Below, in pieces: positions 1 through 11,354 of a DNA stretch of 64,000 bases. The stretch comes from Lingula anatina (Eukaryota > Animalia > Brachiopoda): NCBI GenBank assembly GCA_051362555.1, contig CM120640.1, forward strand, positions 48,772,788 through 48,836,787. The letters are read 5' to 3'. Below the pieces are notes generated by a model that saw only the letters and a list, made by a program, of their open reading frames with translations, made no database searches and was not told where the DNA came from. Position 1 is the first letter of the stretch; the number at the start of each line of letters is the position of its first letter. A program made the translations under genes and the position numbers.

Positions 1-3000
1 CATCGCATGAAAGCTGAATAATAACCCTTGACTGTGTTCGATAACCGACTCTCAGACAAAAAATCCAGCAACCAATGGCATTTTACCAGCCATCTCGTCA
101 GGAAGCTCAGAAATGTCATCCTTATAAGCCTGCAAAAACAAAAAGAAAAATTAATTAGTAATTTAAAATCACTTTCATTTATTAAAAAAAATCAAATCTG
201 ACTGCCAGCATTTTAAACGGCAAATCCACTCTACCAAACAAACCTCCAGGAACATAACAAGCTTTTTCTCTCGGTAATTCTACATATGCTACAGCTTCCT
301 TTATAAAAACCTGCCTTTAGATAATAAAGGACAAAAACTAGCTGAGTGCCAACAAGGTAAAATCACCGTGCCACAAGCCTTGCATTGCATTAAATACAGT
401 ATAACTCTAGATAATACACACATCGGGGGCACAAACCAACCATTCATACCACCCCAATGAACAGTGCCCACCGCACCAGGAGTCCAATATCTAGAATTAA
501 AAAACTGGCAATTTATTGTTATGATCAGAGGCAAGAAAAAATTCAATTTCATGCGGCCCCCAGACTGAATCTAAATAATTGAAAATACTATCTGGCACGC
601 CCAATCATCATAGTCTACTAATCTGCTGATTTGATCTGCATATACATACAGAAATCTTGCATACATTAGATACCCAAAGTTCCATTTGTTTCATACTGTT
701 TCTGCTCAAAACAATTTGTTCATTCCAACATTTAGCTTTAGAAATATCAAAACCCAGACATTTTGTCATAATATAAACCATATTGCAAGTAACAAAAGAC
801 ATAGAAATGATCTGACCTACTAAACTAGCAACTAAACGCACATGAACGCTGCCTTTTCCTCTAAACAGAGAACGAATATCCGTTATAGTCTAAAGAATTT
901 TAAGAAGTCTGTAATCAGAATGCATAAAGTGCCTTTCTCTAAATTCAAATTATACCCTAAAAATAAAATCTCAATACTAGGAAACCACGTTGATTTTTCA
1001 ACTTTAGGAACAAATCCGCTGTTGATAAGATCTTGCTTAATTTAAAGCAATATTGTCACATTCGCTGTACTGCGAATGACAACCAAAACCATCATCTAAA
1101 TACATAACCACTTTATTGCCCTCTCCTCGCCACTTTTTAACCAGCAGCCTGGTCACTTTAGTAAAAATATAGCATGCCGAACTGAGACCAAATGTTAAAA
1201 CTTTAAATATAAAAATTTTGGAAGCATTTCCAAATTTCCAAGAAAACCTTTAAAAATTAGAGTGAGACTCAAAATTATCAATGTGATAATATACAGAATG
1301 TAAATCAAATTTGAAAACAAAAATCTCCATTTTAAATAAAACATTACGAATTTGTTCAAATTTTACTGAAAATTTCCAAAGATGTTTATTAACATGCTGC
1401 AAATCTAAAATTAACCGCTTTTTACCGCTACTGCTAATGGCCACTGTAAGCGAGTTAACTTCAACAGATATATCTGAACACTCACTAATAAAGCCTCTGA
1501 CCAATAAATCTTGTATTGCCTGCTCAACAAATGCACTGTGCAAAATAGCAGATTTATTATTATCCAAACGAAATGATGCGGGTATAGAGAAAAAAGGAAG
1601 CTTGTATCCATTTTTTTAAACATCAAGAATAAATTCATATGTGCCAATACTTTTCCAAAATGCTAATTTACTTCTTAAGGGGCCCGCACACGTTGAGCAT
1701 TTGGCGCGTGCCACTTGCGCTGCACCGTTTTCTCATCGTGTGCGGGGGTATTTTGGTGAGATTTTTGCCTCACGCGCGGCTGAGCAAAATTTCTCACGTG
1801 TTTGATTTTTTTGGTCTCTTGAGGCAAATGTCTCAGCGTGTGCGGGGTGCAAGCGCCGATTGCTCACGCCATGCTAACAATGCGCATGTGCCAGTATAGC
1901 CGGAAACAAACAAAAATGGCAGCCCCCAGTGAAGTCAACAAAAATGTACACAGTTATAGTTAGTCTGATTGATTAACGTGGTCACCATTATCCATTACTA
2001 TCAGAAAAAACAACAATATGTAATGTTTCCTTAAACACATGATCCCGCAGTTCACAGTGCGTCCGCTAGGGGCAGGCCGGGAGGCACCTCTGCTGAGCAA
2101 AGAGCGCAGCGTTTGCGGGGAGCTGAGGAGTCCGAGCATCTTGCTCAGCGCAAGTGGCGCGCGCCAATTGCTTACCGTGTGCGGGGTGCTTTAGCCTACC
2201 TTTAACCCAGATATCTACATTGCCTTGCTTGTGCTCAAATTATCGATAGTAAAAAATAATTTATCATATTTCACATCAAAACAATACTTATCTTTAACAA
2301 AATCATGGACGATTGGTTTCTGAGAATCCTGGTGCACTTCCTGGTGTTTTAGTGTAGGGACAATCTCTCCTACAATGGCCGAAGGACCCACACGCAAAAC
2401 ACGACCCGCTCCTTCCTTGTCCGTAGGGGCTGACAGCAGAAGAAGTGGCTGGTGGTGTGAAAGAACCTGGACTGACTTCTCCTGGTGCAACACAGGGAAA
2501 CGCCCATAGTTGTCCAATAAAAATAGGCTGAGCACAGTAAACAGGATAAGTACTACTAACGTTAGATTTGCTGGAGCCATGACCTCCCTTCGAAATAGGT
2601 TTGCTCAAATACGCTTTTTCAATGCCTTGCTTTCCGCTCTGTTAACTTTCTTTTCATCCTCAGAGTCACTGGCCAAAGGATTGGCTTCGTAAAAGCGGAC
2701 AGTGTCCCACCTGTGTCAATAACTCTTCTAATTCAGTATCGAAATCAAACTGAATGCGACTGCCTTCTTGACAGCATTTGGCTGAAACCTCGGTCTTAAT
2801 CTTTGTTAGATAAAACCATGTAATTCGCTCATTAAGATTTCCAACTCAGAAGTTACTTGAGCCTTTAGGTCTTTTAACGATTCCGCCTGCGACTGCACGG
2901 ACTCTAGTATTTGTATTAGCGAAACGCCCTCCGACACCACTGAAAAATGCGCGCTCCAAAATTTACGTGTCAACTGGTCTGCGCTAACTGGTCGAATGAA

Positions 3001-3060
3001 CAACTGTCGTAACTTACCCACAATTCTTACCAATATCACAACTAACACAATATATACAGT
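1..3060 (-). mobile_element. Degenerate DIRS-type (tyrosine-recombinase) retrotransposon, truncated by the window edge
   Basis: Minus-strand translation in order: gag zinc knuckle CFACGSFGHCRRDC (~2360-2400); RT N-terminus VKGRLRSKLAFWK; LTVAISSSGKKRLILDL; VLTFGLSSACYIFTKVTR..VMYLDDGFG (~1082-1201); DIRS methyltransferase-like FNSRYWTPG..WFVPP..GTVILPCW (301-552); YR N-terminus SRLSNTVKGYYSAFMR (~1-60). Stops and frameshifts throughout. Right boundary approximate. Confidence 0.85.
1678..2190. mobile_element. PIF/Harbinger-like MITE inserted in the DIRS RT
   Basis: About 45-bp imperfect TIRs (AGGGGCCCGCACACGTTGAGCA.. / ..TGCTTACCGTGTGCGGGGTGCT) and TTA TSD at 1675-1677 and 2191-2193. Removing it restores the DIRS frame GRLRSKLAFW. 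Confidence 0.85.
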
Positions 3061-3886
3061 GTCGCCCCCTAGGAGAAAATAATTCCATTCTTATTCACTT
3101 CGCTCAACCGAATAGAATTATATGGATCATGTGACTGTGGTGATATACGCAGTGTTCGGTATTTAGTTCTGGTTAAGTGCGAGTACTTTCTCTCGGTATG
3201 TGTGTCAAATAATTTACTGCCACTCTCTCGCGATGAATGCACTGAACACCTTCTGCTTATGTTCGAGTTGTTTTGGTCTATAAAGCCTGGGTGACAAGGA
3301 ATTATCTCACACTTGGCACCTTGTTTACCACTGGATATCTTTTTAGGTAGGGACATATACCGGTACAGTGTGAGTTGATAAATAAATTGAAAAATCTTTA
3401 TCATTTATATTTCTACTATTAGTCACACCTTCTTCTCAACTATTTTTGTCTCACATCTGATAGCTTGTGATATCTGAAAGGTTGGCTCTGGTTCCTAGAT
3501 GTCACATTTTTATTCTTTGTATTCTTTGAAATAGAAAGCATGTGCTCTTCCTAGTTACTGCCCACTGCTTATCCAATTTAACTCGGACATGACCTCATGT
3601 AGTCTCTCTCTATGAGTTTTCTAAGGAATTTTAAAATGGAAAAGACATAGCTCCTTGTTAGAAGAAAAAATCTTGATATCTAAATCAAATTAAATTAAAT
3701 TTAATTTAAATATTTCCTCATTAATAATAATAATAATAGTTATAATACACACATATTGTAAAACTGACATTCACATGAACAAGCAACCTTTCTCTTTTAT
3801 ACTGACTCCGGGACATCACAAGATAAATGTTAACAAATCATTTTATTGAATTCGAAGAAAAAACTTACATGTAACTAACCACCCTG

Positions 3887-4032
3887 GCCCCGTAACTCGA
3901 AAGCAGCGCGTATTGTAAATAGCGATATCACATAGAGGCTACAATGTACTATATGGGACGAGTATGGGCGACTTATGGAATCGAGACACTTGCGCTCGGT
4001 CGCAATGCGCGATGCTTTCGTGTTACGGGGCC
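3887..4032. mobile_element. Short MITE (CTG target duplication, Harbinger-like)
   Basis: TIR GCCCCGTAACTCGAAAGCA / TGCTTTCGTGTTACGGGGCC flanked by CTG. The empty site TAACCAACCTGATTTGCC is present in duplicate copy 2 (~33935). Confidence 0.85.
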
Positions 4033-6526
4033 CTGATTTGCCTTATTATTTTTTGTGTTGGTTTGAAAGGTTGTAAAACCTTATCAGATAAAAACTCAAT
4101 CCACTCATGCATTGATTGGCGTACACACTGCAGTTTACCTGCTGTAACCTATATTTTAGGTTGGTTTTCATGTGGGCTGCAGTCAGAAAACTATGGCAAA
4201 TTTAAGTATGTAACGAGCATAAAATCTGCTGAGAGATCCCGCGTCTCTTGGACCCAGTGACATGATAAGATTAGATAAAAGGTCATCTATCTTTTCTCGT
4301 GACATGAGAATTCTAGTCATAGTTACATGCACAATAAAGAGGAAATTAGTTGATAAAAATTTGGAATTGCGTGATATTATTGATTAATCATTAACAGATG
4401 CAATTTTATGCAAGGGACCCACCTGTATTTAACTGTACTTGGTGTAATGGACTGGAGATTTGAGCAATAGCTCCTAAAGTTTGTTGTCCATATTCTCGTG
4501 GTTGTACATGTTGTCTATGTCCAGCTGGTGAGGAAGAGTCTTGCCACCAGTGGTGGCTAGCTGACACTCCATGGCTCGAACTGGCATTATTTATATCGGT
4601 GCTCTTATAACAAAAATGACATATAATGATATAAATAACACATATATTGTGACGCATCCATTTTGGGACTTAAAATGCTGAAAACTTATTATATTTTCAG
4701 AATTAAATGTAATTCAAACAAAAGTATCTGTCTTATAATGATTAATACATGCATTTGGGAGATTACAAGAGGTAAATGTTTTCTTACCTCTTTGGAGTCC
4801 ATTGAATTTCTTAAATGCTTTCAAGACAGATCATGGGGACCAGATGTGTTGTCAACAGTGGTATTTCTGTCTCTGAAAAACACCCAATTTCTCAATAATC
4901 ATAAGCTTTGTTGGTGCATGTGTACCACAGTGTAGCACAAAGACGATGACGTTACTATAATACTTACAAGTACATTGTAATAAAAATGTAAGTAAAAACA
5001 CAAATACAGAAATATAGGAGTTACCATACTTATCAATAATCCCCGTAGATACAGTAAAAGGTTGATACAGGTAGCTGTTTACTGTGTATATTGACACATT
5101 CCGTAAAACGTACATGTTCCAATTATTTTCTTGGATGGTTACATATGTTGCTTCTTTTAAACGATGCCATTTATTCTCCCCACAGAAATAGCTTGATAGA
5201 AAAGATGAATGTACTACTAAGAAAGAAGACTTGAATGGCATTACAGTTTATTTTTTTAAAAAAAGCAGAAAAATGAAGATTCTGAAATAAGCCATAATAT
5301 TTCATTAAAAAATGTTGGTGACTCTGGCGTAGCTAGTAGATGAACAACGTCCTATCTGTATAAAAATATCCTCACAAATTTAGAATCTTGACAAGAAAAA
5401 TGACAAGAAATTAAACTGAATTAGTCTAATCCCAAAATTCAACTGATCTCAACTGCCATGGACAAATCCAAGGTAGGGATTGCATAGCAAGCTACATTGA
5501 ATAAAAGTAAGAAACAGTTGGTCAAGTTAAAAACTGATATCAAAAGTAGGCATTTAAGAAGTTGATGGGGTGGTCAATGATCTGTTTGCATAATTTTACA
5601 CGACAGGTGTGACAGGAAAGGAAGTTGCTAGGAACCGTAGTCTGTTCCCCATTACTTTGTATAGATGGCATTCGTCCTATATACCATACCAAGCCCAATA
5701 CTTTGACTAACCATTAATTGTACTAATCATCTGAGACTTCTATTCCAAGGACTACCATTCCTGTCATACAGGAATGCTGAACTATTTTGAAAATTAAAGA
5801 TTTTTTATTGAAAAAATTTATTATCTAAATTGGAGATTTTTTTTCAAAGTTCTCTATGATTATTGACCAAGTGTCCAATAAACAAAAGTGGACTAACTCC
5901 TCGAGTCATGCAAAATACTTGGTTAAAATGGTGTGCCCTGTATAACACAACTGGATAGAACACTATAGTGTTTTTGGTTGGAAGTAAGTTTTGTGTCGCA
6001 CATTGAAGGGTGTCTGTACCTCGACTGACCCTTCAGCGGGCCCCAAACCCTCGCCAAGGGGGAGAGGGCCAGCTTCGCATCCGAAACCTGTTATTTCTAT
6101 AAAACCGGACCCTCCTTCAAATAAGTCTGGATCCAACCCTGGAACAGGTGCCCTCTCCTCTCCACAAAGTCACACATACTAGTACGAAGTAGCACTTCAT
6201 AAATACATGTAGGCCTACTAGTAGACTTGATAGACATTCATTTTACCCCAAGGGTCAGCAGAAGGATGAGAGATAAGTAGATACAAAGCAAATACCTTGC
6301 ACTTGACGAGAACAAACGATGACACTTTTCTCTTCTGTTGTCGGGTTACATGTATTTCGACTTCCTGAACTACGCCCCTTCGCTTTGATTACAGTCCTGA
6401 AACTTGCTTTAGTCTCAGCGGTAAAAGATCCACTCACAAATACCCTGTACATGTAGTATGACGTCTTTTATTCTATGGTCCAACGCCTCTGACATTAACC
6501 CTGCCTAATGTTATTCAGAGAACCTC

Positions 6527-6700
6527 AAAGTGAAACTATGAAACTTTCCAATATGGCCGTATTTGTATAGGTAAATATGGAGGGGATTCCCCGTTTCTAA
6601 ATATATGGAATACCTGCCATAACCAATACAACCAATCAGCATTACAAATGCAATCGACTCAGCAATATCACCCAATAAGAAAATCGATGCCTGGGATTTC
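6527..6700. promoter_or_regulatory. IRF-element / NF-kB / CCAAT motif cluster (duplicate copy 1)
   Basis: AAAGTGAAACTATGAAACT (6527-6545), GGGGATTCCC (6582-6591), three CCAAT boxes (~6623, 6632, 6672) and GGGATTTCT (~6693). Retained in copy 2. Function is inferred from motif match only. Confidence 0.5.
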
Positions 6701-6789
6701 TGGTTAATCTACAGGGCTGTAAACTTTGTTGACCTGCAATGCTTAGGCCTACTGCCGGCCTGTAAACTGAGAGTACATGTAAGTCTTAA

Positions 6790-6992
6790 GACTGCATTCC
6801 CATAGATTTAGATCGATCCATCCCTGGGGATTCACGCAAAATTGCTGTAAGCAGAGCGCGCACGGTAGTTAATTACCCCCTTACAGCTTTTAGTAGGCGG
6901 GACAGCAGCTTAATTAAGCCGGCTAAGCTGACAGTAATCTAGTGAGACTCCCCACAGGGATAGATCGATCTAAAATCTGTGGGAATGGGGTC
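6790..6992. mobile_element. Tourist/Harbinger-like MITE family A, copy 1
   Basis: TIR GACTGCATTCCCATAGATT / AATCTGTGGGAATGGGGTC, TAA TSD. Internal core (TAATTACCCCCTTACAGCTTTTAGTAGGCGGGACAG) shared with the copies at 26473, 27032, 30254 and 63500. Confidence 0.9.
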
Positions 6993-7228
6993 TAAAATGG
7001 CTTGAAGATGACACAGGTAACACATGCATCGCTGTAATTTTACTTGGCCAGATTAATAATATGATTACGATTATTCTCAAGCATGCACACATTTTCTTAG
7101 CTGGCCTATATACATGTATAATAGGTAGTGCCTTGCAGTGGATAAAATCAGCTGCAAAAAGGAAAGTGATCAATTAATTAAAGTCTATTTTTCATTGTAA
7201 TGACGCCCATCCTGTATGTGACAATTGT

Positions 7229-8888
7229 CACCCAAACCCAATATAGAGGTGCAATTGATGTCCCAGGCATGCTCTTAAAAATATTTAGTGCCCAGATTGC
7301 AAACTATGTCTGATTATTTTAGGGTCTCACGTAAAGAAGTTTATATCAAAGTTTCACTCTCCTAAAACCATGATTAATAAAAAATAATTCAACTTCTATC
7401 CTCAAAACGGAACGTATATGTACGTTACTGTCACAAATGCAAAACGTTCAACTACGAAACGTTTTACTCACTTCGAAAATTCAATCATCACTGGATTTTG
7501 TTCTTTGATTTATCTCCAACAAGTGTAACCTTGTCAAAAATAATAATATTTTTCTGTATAGAGCAATTAATTGTCTTTCAGCTACTGTAGTTTGCTTGTC
7601 AATGAATTTGAAAAAAAAAAACAAAAAAACAAAAAAAAAAAAAAAAAACGGGGGAAATACACCCTACCGACAGTAAAATAAGCATTAAATAAATTTATTT
7701 CCCCTCGTGCTCCAAATATTAATGTCAAACTATCATGGAATCACAATATATTTTTCGGTCAGCAAAAGAAAACATTGTTTATGTCTATGCACACCAAGTA
7801 CTTAAACAAAATGAAACATTGTAACAATTTTCTAGGGTACATACGTTACCTATTGTAGTATTAGCCATGACACCAAAGCCCCTTAGTTATAGTTTTAATA
7901 TTTATAAAAACGTCCTGACGTCATGTCTAATTTACCATGACTGAACCACTACAAAATATATGGGAACGAGGTATAAAAAAATTAAATTATATGTTTTAAA
8001 AAATTGAATTCAACTTTGAATTCATTCAATTTTATTTTTTGACACTTCAACATGTGAAATGCACCTATATATAAAGGGAACCGGAGAAGACTGATTGTGC
8101 CCGGAAGTGACGTGTAGTGGTGTTAGAAGCGAAGCTGAGTGGTCATTTTAACCTGGAGGTGAACGGGAGAGAAGACGTGTAGTCGGAGGAAAAAGAAGTT
8201 TTCTAATCAACCCGGTAAGATAACTCTCTTTTTTTTACGCATTTTGGGCAGAGAATACTTGTAGAAATAATAAATGCATGATATGAAAACGTGACACGGA
8301 ACTTGAAGGTGCAAAGTCGTGCTTAATTTGCGGTCAACTTGTTTTGAAATAAATGCTGCATTGACCGCCAGCGCGACAAAGAGTGTAAAGGGAAAATAAT
8401 TCCCGGGAGTCTTTAAATCGTTGTCATGTGGAAATTTGGCATTAATATAATCTGATATGTCCATATCTAAGTATTTTTGGGTGTTTTATGGTATGGGCTG
8501 CAATTATAACGATGTTTTAGTGGTCTTGAATGACCTTATGAAAACCAGGAAGTAGTTCGAAACTAACAACTGAACCGTACCGAACTCCGACTGCTGTGCA
8601 AAGCTGTATCTTTTTTCAATATTTTGACGAATTTTTAGATCATTATATGTCCATCTGACATGAAATTCCACACATATGATCACACTAATACACCTTTTAC
8701 ACTGGGGTAGGCACAAATCAGTGTTGTTTAGAAAACTTCTTTTTCCTCCGACTTCACGTCTTCTCTGCCGTTCACCTCCAGGTTAAAATGACCACTCAGC
8801 TTCGCTTCTAACACCATTTGACGTCACACTTCCGGCACAATTCTGACCAATGCTGATCTTCTCCGGTACCCTTTATTGGGTTCGAGTA
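7229..8888. mobile_element. Non-autonomous DNA transposon with ~160-bp TIRs (CAC terminus, 4-bp TSD; CMC/Chapaev-like)
   Basis: Inverted arms 8072-8210 vs 8722-8877, continued by CACCCAAACCCAATA (7229) vs TATTGGGTTCGAGTA (8888). TTGT duplicated at 7225-7228 and 8889-8892. Absent from duplicate copy 2. Superfamily is inferred. Confidence 0.75.
7242..8071. mobile_element. Non-autonomous TIR element nested in the left TIR of the 7229-8888 element
   Basis: Short TIRs TATAGAGGTGCA / TGCACCTATATA at a TA-rich target. It splits the host's left TIR into 7229-7241 and 8072-8210. Confidence 0.6.
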
Positions 8889-9820
8889 TTGTACTTGTAG
8901 AGTCTATAGGCGGTGTAGGGGCTTATTATATAGTACTCTCAAACCATATAATTACGCATGCTGACTTATGTCTGTTTTCTATTCACACACTTATTCACTT
9001 TTTAGTACTGATTTGTTTCAGACAAGAAGTCTGGAGAATTCTAGGCAACTAGCAGAACGACTGGCAGAACCCCTCAGCATGTCCCGACCACCTTGTGTCA
9101 TGTCTTCAACCAGGAGGACTGGGAGTCAGCATGGATTTATATTCTAGACGGACAGTGTCAGCACACTGTCGGGTATCGGCCCGATCTGATGTTAACTTAA
9201 CGCAATATTAGCTGCCGCCGATCGATTACGATCGCAGTTCAATTCGTCCAAGGTTCGAGGTCTGAATGTACACGCGTGAGAGAACGAACTCAAGTCCCGT
9301 GCAAAGTTTCTAACTATCAATAATATTTAATTCTGATACATAACATGTATTACAATCGTCGTGTCTCACATCAATTCTCCCGAATAACGTTACCCACCTA
9401 CTGTAGCTTATATGCAGATATACAAGTAATATGATTAAATCAAATTACCGGTCGCTCCTCGACCGTCTGAACAAAACTTAATTAAATTAGAGGTCACTTT
9501 GCCACCTCCACATCCTTCTAGGCAGTGACTGATCAAACTGGCTTCGATTAAACAATGGCGATAAACTTCATGAACAAGATTCTGCCTACACTCTTACGGA
9601 AGTTCTAAAACTACATTAAGACATTTAGGGGTCCCTGACAACACGTTTACAACGCGATCACTTTTTGATAACTGGTCGAGTCAACCGTATTGTTGGTGAA
9701 CTGAACCGCGCGTTTGAATGGGCAGTAACAATGATATCGGCCCCGTGGTACATGTATGTATGAACAGATAACAGTAGCTTTACTTGACAGGATCAGCGTT
9801 GCATTAGAACTGATATCATG

Positions 9821-10135
9821 TAGGCCTACCCAACTACATGTACCAGACTCGGCACCGAATGACCCTGAATTCACCGGTAGATCGGACCCCACTACCCTTT
9901 TTCAAGGTGTGTATTAGTACACGCTTCAAAGTATCAGACGCGACACCGCTCTTGTTTTGTACGCTATGTGATAGTGATAATTCTCAGCGGGGTTGGAAAC
10001 CAGTGCATTTCATCACAAAATATGTTCTGGGGTATGATACTGTCACGAGTGTGAAATGCGCACTGACGCACACCTTGTAAACGGGTAATGTGGTTCGATC
10101 TACCGGTGAGTCCGATAGTTGGTAGTTAGGTCTGG
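9821..10135. repeat. Inverted-repeat (MITE-like) element
   Basis: TCACCGGTAGATCGGACCCCACTACCCTTTTTCAAGGTGTGT (9871-9912) pairs with GCACACCTTGTAAACGGGTAATGTGGTTCGATCTACCGGTGA (10068-10109). Outer ends approximate. Confidence 0.65.
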
Positions 10136-11354
10136 CGTTTCCTTCTCGTGCTTTGTTTGCACTAAAGCCATTTGATTTACCCACAAATGCCCCACTCAAG
10201 GACACTTAAACTTAAAGAAAACGTTTTAGTAAAAACATACTCTTTTCCACAAACGTGCCCTACAGAATATTTTCTACGAGTTCTACAGAATGTTCCGCCA
10301 AATGCTATATTGATCTGGTTTGTTGACGAGTCCATTTTTTTCATTTAAGACAAAATGAAATGGGCATTTGTCACAATTGGTCGCGATATCTTACGATAAA
10401 GGAAGAACATTCAGGTGTTTAGATTAAATGAATAATTCAATCATTGGAAACGATAAATTTAATAGTAATGTGCATTTACATGAGACTGCATTTGCTTTTT
10501 TGCTGCCGTGATGTTAAAAGTGATTTCTTTCTTTTAAGGACTTCAAGCACTCAAATCGGCATTACATTACACAGAGAATCACTGCATACATTTCAACTCA
10601 ATTGAGTTCGATCATGCCACATGGACATAAATCTTAACTCCCAATTTTGCCCAAACTTAATATGTTTCAAATTGGAGGCATAATAACTTTCTCATTTTTC
10701 AATCCGTGTTCTTGGAATTACATTTTCTTCATTCACTTGTTGATGTAATTGGTGTTCTCGTGCACACATCTGTATAAAGTACTACATGTAGTATTCATAA
10801 ATAATTTTCACGTGATAAATATTTGGAGCAGCCAACTTGCCTCTACTTTCTGCTCTTTTCATTTATGGAATGCACACAGTGGCTTGTGAAGTAAACTATA
10901 CATAACTGCTGAATGAGTTACAATCTTTATTTCAGATTTAACGCAATTTCTAATTAGCAAAAATCAAATTGAGCTAAAATCGAGCTAAAAAGCTAGTTCT
11001 AAATTCTTTGTAAGATATTATTGGGTGGAATTTATTTCATAAAAGCGTCCATTCTGTGAAACAAGGTCATAATCTCTTTATGCAAATTATCAAATTGATA
11101 ATCATCTTAAATTGAACAAAATCTTTATTCTCAATAAAAAGGAATCCTTTTCCAATACCGGTATCTATATCAAGGCATCAATTATTAGATGGAAATTTGA
11201 AGTTATCCATATCCCATGTTTATTATGAACCTTTAGCTGTAAGTTTATCTTCTAAATGTTAAAAATCATCGTTCGATAAGACATAGCTTTCATCACGTCA
11301 ATAGCAAACTACAAGGTTGACACTGTCAAAATTTATGGTCACCGCAGCTCTGTA

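Larger units (their letters stand above)
3125..9020. repeat. Segmental duplicate, copy 1, of the PARP14-like 5' region and promoter (direct repeat of ~33215-37662)
   Basis: Long collinear matches: 3201 TGTGTCAAATAATTTACTGCCACTCTCTCGCGATG vs ~33266; 4415 GGACCCACCTGTATTTAA vs 34318; 6560 ATTTGTATAGGTAAATATGGAGGGGATTCC vs 37062; ~8955 ACGCATGCTGACTTAT vs 37601. Interrupted by copy-specific TE insertions. Confidence 0.92.

Noticed and set aside
9021-9630. Exon-like plus-strand segments after the conserved acceptor at 9020 (faint CARD-like HVFNQEDWES)
   Set aside because: Stops in all frames and no convincing domain signature by eye. A profile search is needed.
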